Assembly (NCBI RefSeq): GCF_006345805.1
Contig: NC_043000.1
Coordinates: 21,576,001 to 21,640,000 of the forward strand
Direction: 5' to 3'
DNA: 64,000 nucleotides
From: Octopus sinensis
Taxonomy: Eukaryota
The position numbers and the translations under genes were made by a program. Positions 1 to 12,336 of this stretch are shown piece by piece; positions within the stretch are counted from its first letter, which is position 1; the number at the start of each line of letters is the position of its first letter. The notes under the pieces were generated by a model. It did not search any database, had not been told where the DNA came from, and worked only from the letters and a program-made list of their open reading frames with translations.

Positions 1-295
1 AAACATTATTTCTGAGCAACACATTTATTTTCTTCAATGAGATTTTTACATTGATTTTTTTTTACAAATATATGTGAGAAAGTTTTTCAACATTAGTTAG
101 CTGCAAGAGATGATAATGTATTTTATTGCCGGCTGCATTCCTGAGTTGCGTCCGCCACACAACTTTGAAGTAGGTTGTAGATAATGTCCTATTGTTGTTT
201 AACCCAGCATCAATCCTGATTCAAGTAGTTATATGATCAAAACTATTCCAACAATGACCAGGTATCATCTATACACTAGATTACATTATTTAATG

Positions 296-677
296 CTGGA
301 GTTCTCAACCGGAGTCCATGTAAGAATTTTGGGGTCCACAGATGCAATATAGTAAATTAGGGTCCCCAGTAATTTTTCAGGGGCCATGAAAAGATTGTGC
401 CCCTGAAACCAATAAAGCTTATGTGCTATAAATTGCTTATACTTCTTAACAGTTTTTATACAAGTCCTAACAATATTTGCTGCGATGGACTGATGTCCTG
501 TCCTGCTGGGGGGAAAACATAGGCCACAGAAACTGGAAACCAGGCCTGGCTAGGCTTGAAAAGGGTGCATAAATAGAAAAAAAATATTTAATTATAAAAA
601 TACTATTGGATTTTTTTAAACATCGAATGTCTATTGGGGGGGGGGCACCAAAGTAAAAAATGGTTGAGAACCCCCTG
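296..677. mobile_element. hAT (Charlie-like) non-autonomous element, carrying a SINE tail fragment at 478-572
   Basis: Termini ..GTTCTCAACC / GGTTGAGAACCCCCTG; related fragment at 24230-24440. Confidence 0.65.
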
Positions 678-823
678 ATCCTGTGTATCATTTTTTTTTT
701 TTTTCAAGTTGATATTGTGTGTGTGAGAGAACGAGAGGCACAGGTTAACCATGTGATTAAGAAGTTCAATTCCTAACCACGTGGTCATGGGTTCAGTTTT
801 TGGGCAAGTATCTTCTATATCTT

Positions 824-1052
824 ATTTCTTTATTGCCCACAAAGGGCTAAACACAGAGGGGACAAACAAGGACAGGCAAACGGATTAAGTTGATTATATT
901 GATCCCCAGTGCGTAACTGGTACTTATTTAATCGACCCCGAAAGGATGAAAGGCAAAGTCGACCTTGGTGGAATTTGAACTCAGAACGTAGCGGCAGACA
1001 AAATGCCGCTAAGCATTTCGTCTGGCGTGCTAACGTTTCTGCCAGCTCGCCG
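824..1052 (-). mobile_element. SINE family B, inserted into a family A head
   Basis: Reverse match to 'ggcgagctggcagaaacgttagc...gcctttcatcctttcggggtcgat...aaagaaata'; 12-bp TSD CTTCTATATCTT (812-823 / 1053-1064). Confidence 0.9.
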
Positions 1053-3068
1053 CTTCTATATCTTCTGGCTGATAGAAAATGGAATGCAGCCCAAAGACTG
1101 CATCCTACTCCAGTATCTGCTTTGACATGGTTTCTATGGCTAGGTGCCTTTCCTAATGCCAACCATTTTTCAGCATGTTCTGTATGCTTTTCTCTTTGTC
1201 TTGACAATACACGAGAGTTATAGACAAACATCACCATCATACAAGCAATGTCCATTAAAACATGACTGGCCATACGTAGGGAAATATTTACCTTACTTGG
1301 AAACAGGTGAGGTTTGGCAACAGGAACACATTTCAAAAAAGAAAAATAATCTATCAGGCTTAGAATGTGAGTTGGACATTGTGTTATCTGTGATGAGAAA
1401 CATGACTGATGATGCACAAAGGATCTTGGAATACCACCAACTTCTTCAAAAATTTCCATAAAATTTAATATTGGAGTCCATGCAAATATGTAGACAGGGG
1501 AACAAGCCAGATGACATGGTTTAAATTTGGATAATAAACCACTGCACAAAGTTAATGTTAGATTTTTTTTTTCCTTCAAAACCATGCAAAGTGGTTGGCT
1601 TGTAAAAGGCCATTTAGTAAAAGGAGGCCATAAGTCACAAAACATTGAGAACATCTCCATTAGATTCATCTTGTCGTCCAACAATGTGGTCAGTTGACAT
1701 GCTAGAAATAGCTGCCAAATTCCCATACCACACTTTACTATTTCAGTAAAAATAAAGAAGTGCATATTGGGTTATGTTGTTCTGAATGTTGTCTGAAAAT
1801 AAATTTGGAAGGTCATGGCTGGAACCCAACCACTTTGATTATAAATCTGCTCTCTCAGGGTTGATCTGGAGCTAAACAATAACAAAACGCATTTCTGTGG
1901 TGCTGCTCTAACTTATGGTAAAAAAAAAAAAACACCAGCATAGATTGTGGAACTAACCAATTTCAGCAACACAACCTTTGACTTTTCAACTAGTTTATTG
2001 GTGTCTCTATTCTCTCAACCAACCAAACACATTCTACAAATAATAATTACTAGTAGCTATACTATCAATTGTTATTGTACTTTAGTTTTTGCTTTGTTCT
2101 CAGTTCTTTGTTTTGTGTAATTCTTTAACTGTTTCTCTTTACAGACAGTAGATTATCTGAATATAATCATTTTCGTATTTTCATTTATTTTATATTGTCC
2201 TTCAAAGCTATTTGGGTCTGGTCACATCTCATGTTTGTCAACAATAGGTTTTTCAAGTAATATGTATTAAAATTATCCAGTTTATTACCATTACCTTCAT
2301 CATTTTACATCTGCTGTCCATGCTGACACGGCCTGGGTTGGTATCAGAAATAAAAATAGGGTTTCTAATTCAAGCACAAAGTCTGCAACTTTTGAAAAAA
2401 GGGCTTAGTCAATACTTTATTCTATCAACCCCTGGAGGAGGAAAAGATGACCTCAGAGGGAGTTGGGATTTGAACTCCGAATGTAAAGTCAGAAGAAATG
2501 CTAAAAACATTTTTTCCAACACTGACAATTCCACCAATTTGATGCCTTAATCATCATCATCATTGTTACCTTAATATAAATATATTCACAGACATATGCA
2601 CAAATATACACACTTCATATTCTTTACATATATATATAAATTGATTGTCAATATAACATGCATCAGCACACTCTAAAGAATAGAGCAGTAAATATCTACT
2701 ATAATAATACTCTTGTGTTTTTCTATATCACAACATATGAATGAGAAAGGAAGGGGTGATGACAAAAATTTGTAGAGGGATGATGGACAGTCTATGATGA
2801 AAAAAAAAATCAGTGTTTCAACTGTGTGTGTGTGTAAAAGGGAGTCATGTGAATGTTTGTGTGTGTGTGTGTGTGTGTGTAATGGAAGTGGGATGGTGAA
2901 CATTTCAACACTGAAAAGAAAAATCAAACAACATTTCAACTCTGTGTGAGTATATGTGTGTGCATGTGCAGGGGAAGTGTGTGGATGTTTTTATGTGTGA
3001 TTATTATGTACCTTATATTGTACCTTATTTATATATAAAATACTACAATTAGCTGTTATTTTTGACAG

Positions 3069-3112
3069 CACGGGGCCAGCTAGTTAAACATAAAGTTTAC
3101 GTCTGGTCATAG
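3069..3112 (+). CDS. Candidate terminal coding exon of an upstream gene (xRGQLVKHKVYVWS*)
   Basis: TTATTTTTGACAG acceptor, phase 1, double stop TAG TAA; no upstream exon in the window to confirm. Confidence 0.3.
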
Positions 3113-3589
3113 TAACCAATGGTTTCATATCCATGAAAGCTACAGCCTTGTGGACAACTCATCAAACTTTCTTCAAAGAAAGGTAGTGCCAAGGACCCTG
3201 TTTTTTTTTTTTTTTTTTTTTTCACGGTCTCTGGAACTAGTTAGAAGTTACCCTCAAACTGGAAGCCTTGTCTGAACACTAGCAACAGTGTGAATTCCAC
3301 TAAAGACTAAAAGACCAAATCTCTCCTTTGCCTCTTTGGATCATCATTGTTTAACGTTCGTTTTCCATGCTGACATGTGTTGGATGGCTGGACAGGAGCT
3401 GGCAAGGCCAATGGCCGCACTAGGTTTCTACAGCTGGATGCCCTTCTTAACACCAGTTACTTCACGGAGTGTACTGGCTGCTTTTTATATGTGGCACCAC
3501 CACAGAGTAGGTGCTTTTTGTGTGACACCACCACCAGCACTTTAATCTTTCACCTGGTTTCACACCATTACTCCAGTACTTTTTTTTTT

Positions 3590-4675
3590 TTAAAGCCTGC
3601 CACTTATTCTCTCAGTCTCTTTTGCTGAACTGCTAAGTTTTGGGGATATAAACACATCAGCACCAGGCACTGGTGGGACATATACAAACATTGCACGCAC
3701 ATACACACACACACATATACAAGACAGGCTTCTTTCAGTTTCCATCTACCAAATCCACTGACAATGCTTTGAGCAGCCAAAGATGTCACGCAGGGAGATC
3801 GAAACTGGAACCATGTGGTTGGGAAGCAAACTTCTTATAATAAAGCCACACGTAAGTGTAGGAAGGGCTGTGTGGTAAGTAGCTTGCTTATGAACCACAT
3901 GGTTCCGGGTTCAGACCCACTGCGTAGCACATTGGGCAAGTGTTTTCTACTATAGCCTCGGGCCAACCAAAGCCTTGTGAGTGGATTTGGTAGACGGAAA
4001 CTGGAAGAAGCCCATCATATATATGTATACATATATATATGTTTGAGTATGTATATGTTTGTGTGTCTGTGTTTGTCCCAACAACATCGCTTGACAACTG
4101 ATGCTGGTGTGTTTACGTCCTCCGTAACTTATGAGAATCTAAACATCAACATTGGCTGTCAAGTGAAGGTGGAGGGACAAACATAGACTCACACATACAC
4201 TCACACACTCTCTCACACTCACACACACACACTCACGCGTGCACTCTCACACGCACACTCTCATACACTCTCACACATATATAATATATATATATACATC
4301 TAGGGCTTCTTTCAGTTTCCATCTACCAAATCTACTCGCATGACTTTGGTTGGCCTGAGGCTATAGAAGGCACTTTACACAAGGTGCCACACAGTGGGAC
4401 TGAACCTGGAACCATGTGGTTGGAAAGCAAGTTTCTTACCACACAGCCATGCTGCACCTATATATGTGTGTGTGAGTGTGTGAATATCTTTGTTCCATTA
4501 CTACCACTTGGCAACAATATTAGTGTTTACATCCCCATAACCTAGTGGTTTGGCAAAAGAGATCAATAGAGTATCAGGCTTAAAAAAGTACTGGGGTCAA
4601 TTTGTTTGACTACAAATATTCAAGGCAATGCCCCAGCATGGCCACAGTCTAAAACTGAAACAAGTAAAAGCTAAA
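3590..4675. mobile_element. Cluster of four family A SINE copies in alternating orientation (approx. 3590-3850 -, 3857-4132 +, 4140-4460 -, 4490-4675 +)
   Basis: Matches to family A blocks 'ggctgtgtggtaagtagcttgct', 'ggatttggtagacggaaactgaaagaagcc', 'cagcatggccacagtc'. Confidence 0.85.
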
Positions 4676-5420
4676 AAGGCATGTGTGTGTGTGTGTGTGC
4701 ATGTTTTTTTTTTTTTCATTCAAATGAACCTGTGAAATAAAATATTACTGAGTGACTAGAAATCAGTTTTATGGGAAAGTAAAGTGTTTTATATAGCAAC
4801 TTTAAATACGTTACGTATGTAGAAATGACTTAACATTATGCAGAAGTCTAATTAACAATTTGCTCTATAAATAAATGAGCCAAATTAATCATTATATAAC
4901 ATTCACAACATCTTTGTATTGAAATTACTTGTGTAGCTACTGTTTCACTTTGACCGTTGACATTCTAAAATAGACCCAGTGAAAGAAAATAGTCATGAGC
5001 ATCATTCGCATGAATAGTAATGGTTAGGTTAGTGTTAATATATTTAATGTAGAGAGAAAATTAGAAATAATTATGTAGTGAGGAATGGCAGTCTTAGTTC
5101 AATGACTGTTGCAGTTAGGATTATATCAGCAAGTATGGGAGGTAACTTCCACTGTGTTTTGGTCATATTATGACCTCCTCAGCAAAGCAGACTTCATCGT
5201 TCTTGTCAAAGAAGGTTAAGAGAACCACTGAGTTGAAGTACAATGTTGTACGTGAGCAAGTGTGAAAAATTTGCATATATTAAAAAAAGAAAAATCATTC
5301 AAAGAGATTCATTCAAATGTTGTCCTCGTGTAAAAAAAGAATTATTTTTAACGTACTTAATGCAGTAATAATTAAAAATAATTTTACATACAGTGTCTGC
5401 TTTGCTGAGGAAGTCTTATA

Positions 5421-5727
5421 AGGAGTGGCTGTGTAGTAAGTATCTTGCTTACCAACCACATGGTTCCGGGTTCAGTTCCACTGTGTGGCACCTTGGGCAA
5501 GTGTCTTCTACTATAGTCTCAGGCTGACCAAAGCCTTGTGAGTGGATGTGGTAGACAGAAACTGAAAGAAGCCTGTCATATACATGTATTGCGTTTACAT
5601 CCCCCGTAACTTAGTGGTTCGGCAAAAGAGACCGATAAAGTACTAGGCTTACAATGAATAAGTCCTGGGGTTGATTTCTTTCACTAGATGTGGTGCTCCG
5701 GCATGGCCACAGTCAAATGACTGAAAT
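5421..5727 (+). mobile_element. SINE family A (tRNA head, CORE-like block)
   Basis: AGGAGTGGCTGTGT head, GGTTCAGTTCC B box, 'caccttgggcaagtgtctt' resembling the CORE-SINE domain. Confidence 0.9.
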
Positions 5728-5858
5728 GTGCAAAAGTGTAATTAATATCAGGTTTCAAAATAATTACCAGGATTGATTCTTCCCACCCCACCCCAGCCCC
5801 ACTAAGCCCTAAACCTATCTTTTCATTCTTGTCATTAGTAGTACATAGTACTAACTAA

Positions 5859-5909
<51 letters not shown>

Positions 5910-6156
5910 GCTATGAGGACTGTCATCTTCATATCAGATATTGTAGATGGTTTGTCCTCTTATCTGTATACTGGTACAAATTCAATAGATCACATAATTA
6001 TTATTTTACTGTATAATGCAAACAGGTCATTCAGAACTATAATGAAGCTTTAATTAGCTATTCTGTTTACTCTTTCTGTCTTTCTTTCTTGTCAGCCATT
6101 TGCTAAGTCATTACTCAGAATGACTTCTGCTAGAGCAATTGTATTGTTTTTTACAG

Positions 6157-6251
6157 CTAGCTGCCCTACTCAGATTAATCATTCAATTCAAAAGCAGAAT
6201 AGGACTGAATCCTGTTCTCAGAACACAGCCAGTGGATATTATGAGGTTTGA
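6157..6251 (+). CDS. Candidate alternative terminal exon (xSCPTQINHSIQKQNRTESCSQNTASGYYEV*)
   Basis: GTTTTTTACAG acceptor, phase 1, ends in a PDZ-ligand-like YYEV. Confidence 0.25.
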
Positions 6252-6819
6252 ACTCCTGGTTGTAAGCACTGCAAGCACACTGGTTTTAAAACACCAGTCA
6301 ATGAAATAGATAACTATAAATAATTCAGGTTTTAATATCATGTCCAAGTTTAACATTTTGTGTACAGTTGTAGTCCCTCCTTCCTTCTTACATGTTATCT
6401 AACAATTTTTTAATTAATTATTCATTATCCATTTAACAAGCATGTATATAATTCTCTTAGCTACTGTCTGATAATTTTCCTAAGTTAATGTATCAAAATT
6501 GCAACACTTTCATTAAGAAATGAATTAAGATAGTTTCTTTTGGTTTTTTTTCTACAAAAACAGACATTAGCTCATAGCTTTATAAAATCTCAAAACATAA
6601 AATTAAAGAAATTCCCTTGCTTTGTTTGTGGGTTCAGTTTTGATTTTTTTAATAGCTGTGTTCATACATCAACCTCATTTCATTTTCCCTAAAATCCTCA
6701 TTGTCATATAACTGTTGCTATGTAATGAATCCACCTTCTTTTCCTTCAAATATCTATGATAAAACTTTGAAAATTGTAATTTGATGGTTTTAATTAGTCA
6801 AAATTTTTTCTTTTGTATT

Positions 6820-7085
6820 AATAATATTAAGCTTATTGTATACAGTGCTTAGGTGCACTACAACTCAGCAGGAAAAGTAGCCAACAGTACATAGAATATG
6901 TACTAGAAATGAAACCGTGAATGAGCCCTTTAGAAAAATGTGGTGGGCATCTGGTGGACTATTGGCGAATTTCAAGAAGAATGGAAGTTTTAAAGGATGT
7001 AGTGTCCTGACAACTAATAACTGATGTTGGTAGTTTACTGCTTCAGCAATTTTATTATTTCATTTTGTGCAAATTTTTACATTTC
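6820..7085 (-). mobile_element. CR1/L2-type LINE 3' end; homologous + strand copy at ~21490-21750, tail-only fragment at ~60285-60328
   Basis: Shared 'tcagtt(a/g)ttag(t/c)tgtcaggaca...tcctt(t/c)aaaa' and 'tgcac(c/a)t(a/g)agcactgta' blocks; tail ends in (ATT)n. Confidence 0.6.
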
Positions 7086-7423
7086 ACAGATACATATTTC
7101 AATTGAGTTTAAAACTTGCTCAAAATAAAATAATTTTGAAAGAAAAGTTTATCATTACCAAGCAAACCAGGACTTTATACTTACCTTCAGCATAAAAAAA
7201 GAGTATGTGCTTCTGGCTATCATGTTTGAAGAGCTGTCAATATTGCCAAGTGCAATAGTCAGCAAAAAACTGTCCATGATATTCTGACATGAAAAAAGTG
7301 AACATTTAAGATACTATATATGCCTGCTTAAGACCTCAACTCCTGATGGTTTTGTGGAGACTGACTAGTTACATGCCATAATTAAAACCTACACACTTTG
7401 TGTGTTCAACATTGTTTATATAG

Positions 7424-7800
7424 GGTGGCAAGCTCGCAGAATCATCAGCACACTGGGTGAAATGCTTAGTGGTATTTTGTCCACCACCGATGAGCTGGCA
7501 GAAACTTTAGCACACCTGGCGAAATGCATAGCTGTATTTTGTCTGCCGTTATGTTCTGATTTCAAATTCCGCCAAGGTCAACTTTGCTTTCATCCTTTCG
7601 GGGTCGATAAATTAAGTACCACTGGGGGCCATGTAATCGACCTAATCTGTTTGTCTGTCCTTGTTTGGCCCCTTGTGGGTAGTAAAGAAATAGGTGTTTT
7701 GTCCATCTTTGTTCTGTATTCAAATTTTGATACGGTCAACTTTGCCTTTCATCCTTGATAAAATAAGTACCAGTTGAGCACTGGGGTTGATGTAATCTAC
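7424..7800 (+). mobile_element. Family B copy nested inside an older B-variant copy
   Basis: GGT(A/G)TTTTGTCCA duplicated at ~7470 and ~7692 around the inner copy. Confidence 0.82.
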
Positions 7801-8441
7801 TCCTGGATAAGGAGTATAAAACCTGCTCTTTCTACCAAGCTATGTTGAGCCAGTGTGGCAGAGTAGGCTCATCAAACCAAAATGACCTCAAGCTCAAATT
7901 CATGTCCTCCACATCGGACCATGATTGGTAGAGAGAAAATGCTGAGGCCTTCATCCTGCAATGGACTGAACATAGGCAATCCAATCATATATATGTGGTT
8001 GCTTAAGAAGTTCCTTTTTCAACCATGTGGTTTTGGGTTCAGTTCTACTGTATGGCAGGCATAACTTGGGCAATGTCTTCTACTATAGACTTGGGCCAAT
8101 AAAAGCTTTGTGAAAAGATTTAGTAGATGAAGACTGAAACAAATATGCTGTGTGTGTATTTTATCTTGACATCACACAATAATTGTAAACAGGTGCCCCA
8201 ATCTTACAAGCTGTGTCTTTAATTCCAATCTCCCATGGAAACCTGTCCTGCCGGCAACAGGAAAGGTATCTGGCCATAGAAAATCCACTTCAAAGCATTC
8301 TATTTGGCCCATGCGGGCATACAAAAACAAGTGAACATTAAGATGATGATGTTGGTATATGCCTGCTTAAGACCTCAGCTCCTGATGGATTTGTGGAGAG
8401 TCTGTTATGACACTGTACACTGATCTTCTACATCTGTTGCA

Positions 8442-8824
8442 TGGAGGCACAATGGCCCAGTGGTTAGGGCAGCGGACTCGCGGTCATAGGATTGCGGTTT
8501 CGATTCCCAGACCGGCGTTGTGAGTGTTTATTGAGCGAAAACACCTAAAAGCTCCACGTGCTCCGGCAGGGGATGGTGGTGATCCCTGCTGTACTCTTTC
8601 ACCACAACTTTCTCTCACTCTTACTTCCTGTTTCTGTTGTACCTGTATTTCAAGGGGCCGGCCTTGTCACTCTCTGTGTCACACTGAATATCCCCGAGAA
8701 CTACGTTAAGGGTGCACGTGTCTGTGGAGTGCTCAGCCACTTGCACGTTAATTTCATGAGCAGGCTGTTCCGTTGATTCGGATCAACCGGAACCCTCATC
8801 ATCGTAACCGACGGAGTGCTTCCA
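8442..8824 (+). mobile_element. tRNA-derived SINE family D, full length
   Basis: A box TGGCCCAGTGG, B box GGTTTCGATTCCC. 12-bp TSD ACATCTGTTGCA on both sides. Confidence 0.9.
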
Positions 8825-9344
8825 CACATCTGTTGCAGTTGTGTGCTGGAATTCATGTCTCGGCTAATGATTCCCTAGCCATTTTTTGATCTCTGTCCAT
8901 CTGTTCCTCTGTCTGCCTCTCCCTTCTCCCTCCACAGCTCCTTAAAAAAAAGGATCACCACAAGGCTACTAGATGTTGCATTCCCATACCATCTCAATTT
9001 TCTTTTCTTCTCTTTTGTGTGGTCTTTGTTTTTTTCTCAATCACAGCTACTAAAAAGGAAGTATAATTTAAACTATTCTCTTTAAGTCTGTACTTATTCT
9101 AACAGTGTCTTTTGCTGAACCACTAAGTTACTGAGACATAAACCAACATTAGTTGTTCAGTGGGACTGGGACAAACAATACAAACACAAAGGCACACACA
9201 CACACAATGAGCTTCCTTATAGTTTCCATCTACCAAGTTCTCTCACAAGGCATTGCTCAGCTTGGGATTATAATAGAAGACATTTGCCCAAAGTACTGCA
9301 CAGTGGGACTGAACCCAGAACCTCATTGTTGCAAAGTTAGCTGC

Positions 9345-9559
9345 TTAACCCTTTGGCATTCAGATTACTCTATGAACTTGTTTATTCACATTGTCCCAAT
9401 CCTGCATTATCTTGTAGCTTCAATATTTCAATGATGTGATTATTTATTCTTAGAATGACATTGTAGGGCAGTTGTAAGAGACTGGATCTGGCTAGGCTGA
9501 ACTTAAAATGGGTAGAATATTTGGGCTGGAGATGGCTGGTTTAAATCCTAAAGAGTTAA
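9345..9559. mobile_element. piggyBac-like MITE, second family (also ~26174-26709, split by a SINE)
   Basis: TTAACCCTTTGGCATT ... AATCCTAAAGAGTTAA; internal 'ttagaatgacattgtaggg' shared with 26599-26617. Confidence 0.75.
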
Positions 9560-9672
9560 ACACACATTCCTGCACTTATTAGTTTAAATATTATTTTTTC
9601 CCCTCCATTTTTTGGTTGATACGTCATTAATGAATGTCAATGTACTGGATTTCCTTTTTACTATAATTTATG

Positions 9673-9712
<40 letters not shown>

Positions 9713-10095
9713 TACACACACATATATAATTCTTATTTGTTCACATCATATCTTGTTAAACTATAATTTTATGCATTTGCTTTGAAGCAACTTTTTTTCT
9801 TTTCATCTGTTCATCCTCCTCCTGTTGTTTCATATAATTTTCTCATTCTCTTTCGTCTCGTCTTTCTTCCTCTTTTTCCACCCGACCTCTTCAACTCCCC
9901 TCTCTCATTTCTTGATTTATTCTACAGTCTTTCTCCATTCCCTTCTTTTCTCTGTTTAGTAAAGATAACTTCAAGGAATGAATTATATTTTTTTCGCCTT
10001 CCCAACTGCATTCTCCTATTCTTTGTCTTTAGGATTTTCATTTGTTTTCCTTTTAATGTTCAGCCTTAAATATATTTCTCAATATTTATTTGCAG

Positions 10096-10130
10096 AAAAA
10101 AGAAAGACCAAAAAAAATTGCTTTCTCTAA
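10096..10130 (+). CDS. Candidate alternative terminal exon (xKRKTKKNCFL*)
   Basis: ~300-nt pyrimidine-rich tract, then TTTGCAG acceptor, phase 1, polybasic + Cys end, followed by ~0.9 kb of repeat-free sequence. Confidence 0.25.
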
Positions 10131-11110
10131 ATGAATCTGTGTTCTGTTCTGTTTTCTTCTGTTGCCATCCTTGTCTTTGAAATTGTTTATTTTCACAATC
10201 CCATAAATGGAAGATAGAAAGGCAAAATTAATTTACCATCAGACAAAGAGGTTACCTCAGAGACTTGTAGCAAACTCAATTGTGCTATCTACCAGCCATA
10301 GTTGTGATTTAATAAGAACTATACAAACTGGCTCTACTGATGTGTCAGAAGAAAACTGGATAAGGATGCAGTGAGGATTATTAATCAAATCAGTGTTTCC
10401 TATCTTACCATAATAGGGATTTGGGGGAAAGAAAAAAAAGTCTATTTATATATGATGTTCACAAATACTTTGTTGTTACAAATGACTTTTCATGCAGCTA
10501 AGAAAACTGACTTTAAAGGAAGATAGCTATCAACTTGGAAAAGTGGATCTGAAGAATTATGATGGATGATGGATAATAATAAAACGAAAATGTTTATCTT
10601 CCAACTAACTTATCAATAACTTGTTATTCTAACGCCAGTAAAAGTGCCGTCATTTAGCCCCCTTCTTTTATACATGTAATTTGCTATTTTTTCAACCATA
10701 TGATTTTTTAATAATTGCAGTGCTTTTTGGCTGGCAACCATGTCTTGTTCAATGTAGTAATGCTGTTAGATAAACAGAATTCTCTTTAAGAAGATATGCT
10801 CTGCTAGACTTCATTTACCCTAGCAACTAACTGATTTGTGTTTTTTAGAAGTAGCTCCAAGTCCTGGTAACTGGTTAAAATAAACAAAATACTCTGCTAG
10901 AAGTCTTCACTGGCAGTAAAGGTTCTTATTGTTTGTACTTTTTTTTTTCTTTTTTAAGTAGAAGAAAACTTATGTGAAGTGTAAGGTAGGCTGTATAATG
11001 TATGATTTCCATATGTTTAACCCCTTTGTTACCACATTTCTATTGGAAATACATTACTTTGGTTTCAATTAATTATGGAAATATTAAAGTAACTTAGTCT
11101 TTATTAAGTT

Positions 11111-11460
11111 GGCGTAGGAGCAGCTGTGTGGTCAGTAGCTTCCTTACGAACCACATGGTTCCGGGTTCAGTCCCACTGCGTGGCATCTTGGGCAACTGTC
11201 TTCTGCTATAGCCTCGGGCCGACCAAAGCCTTGTGAGTGGATTTGGTAGATGGAAACTGAAAGTAGCCCGTCGTATATATATATGTTTGTGTGTCTGTGA
11301 TTGTCCCCCCCAAAATTGCTTGACAACCAATGCTGGTGTGTTTACGTCCCTGTAACTTGGCGATACAGCAAAAGAGACCGATAGAATAAGTCCTGGAGTT
11401 GATTTGCTCAACTAAAGGCAGTGCTCCAGCATGGCCACAGTCACATGACTGAAACAAGTT
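11111..11460 (+). mobile_element. SINE family A, nested in a piggyBac-like MITE (approx. 11016-11522)
   Basis: Full-length consensus match. Flanks match the 23994-24215 MITE family. Confidence 0.88.
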
Positions 11461-11860
11461 TGAAACAAATTAACATAAAATTTTGATGGAAGATTTTAAT
11501 TTAGATCATATTAAAACAAGAACCATGGATATTCCACCCTTTTGGGAGGCAAGCTTGCAGAATCATTAGCATGCCTGGCAAAATGCTTAGTGGTATTTCA
11601 TCCATCTACATTCTGAGTTCAAATTCTGCTGAAGTCAGCTTTGCCATTCATCCTTTTGGGGTCAATGAAATTAGAACCAGATGAGGACTGGGGTCAGTGT
11701 AATCAACTCCCTCCCTCCCTGCAAGCTTGCTGGCCTTGTGCCAATATTTGAAACCAATACAGTCCACCTTTCTCAAGCAGAAAAATGTGTCAGATGTAAA
11801 CTGGATAAAGATGCAGTTTTAATCATTAAGATAGTACTTTTGTTTAAATAAACAAATATA

Positions 11861-12001
11861 GGTGCGGGTGTGGCTGTATGGTAAGAAGCTTGCTTCCCAA
11901 CCACATGGTTCTGGGTTCAGTCCCACTGTGTGGCATCTTGAGCGAGTGCCTTCTACTATAGCATCAAGCCAACCAAAGCGTTGAGTTGATTAAAGAAGCC
12001 C

Positions 12002-12043
<42 letters not shown>

Positions 12044-12045
12044 TG

Positions 12046-12078
<33 letters not shown>

Positions 12079-12083
12079 TATAT

Positions 12084-12121
<38 letters not shown>

Positions 12122-12336
12122 GTATGTGTCTTTGTGCTTTTTTTTGTCCCCACCCTCCCATCGCTTGACGCCTGATGTTAGTATGTTTACATCCCCGTAA
12201 CTTAGCAGTTTGGTAAAAGAGACCAATAGAATAAGTACTAGGCTTAGAAATAAGTCCTGGAGTCGAATTGCTCAGCAGAAACACTTTAAGGCGGTGCTCC
12301 AGCATGGCTACAGTCAAATGACTGAAACAAGTAAAA
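11861..12336 (+). mobile_element. SINE family A with expanded internal (TG)n(TA)n(GA)n
   Basis: Head and tail match family A; compound microsatellite 12004-12118. Confidence 0.9.

Noticed and set aside
830-1765. 311-aa minus-strand ORF
   Set aside because: Runs across SINE B, a family C fragment and family E sequence; chance open frame.
3244-3263. GAAGTTA(T)CCCTCAAACTGGA shared with ~54361-54381
   Set aside because: Short match most simply explained as an old dispersed-repeat remnant; no function supportable.
3888-4097. Recurrent peptide [28 protein letters not shown]... in many ORFs, looking like a gene family
   Set aside because: Antisense translation of SINE family A; similar recurrent ORFs come from families B and C.
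7185-7283. 99-nt minus-strand exon candidate (CAG acceptor, AAG|GTAAGT donor, NIMDSFLLTIALG...)
   Set aside because: The acceptor lies in a SINE-tail remnant, the peptide is unrecognisable and no partner exons were found; not excluded for a lncRNA.
8442-8520. tRNA gene (also 34503, 50960, 62350)
   Set aside because: A and B boxes are present but there is no complete cloverleaf; each continues into a SINE body, mostly with TSDs.
10207-10374. 55-codon ATG ORF (MEDRKAKLIYHQ...)
   Set aside because: Short, no recognisable similarity, within chance expectation.
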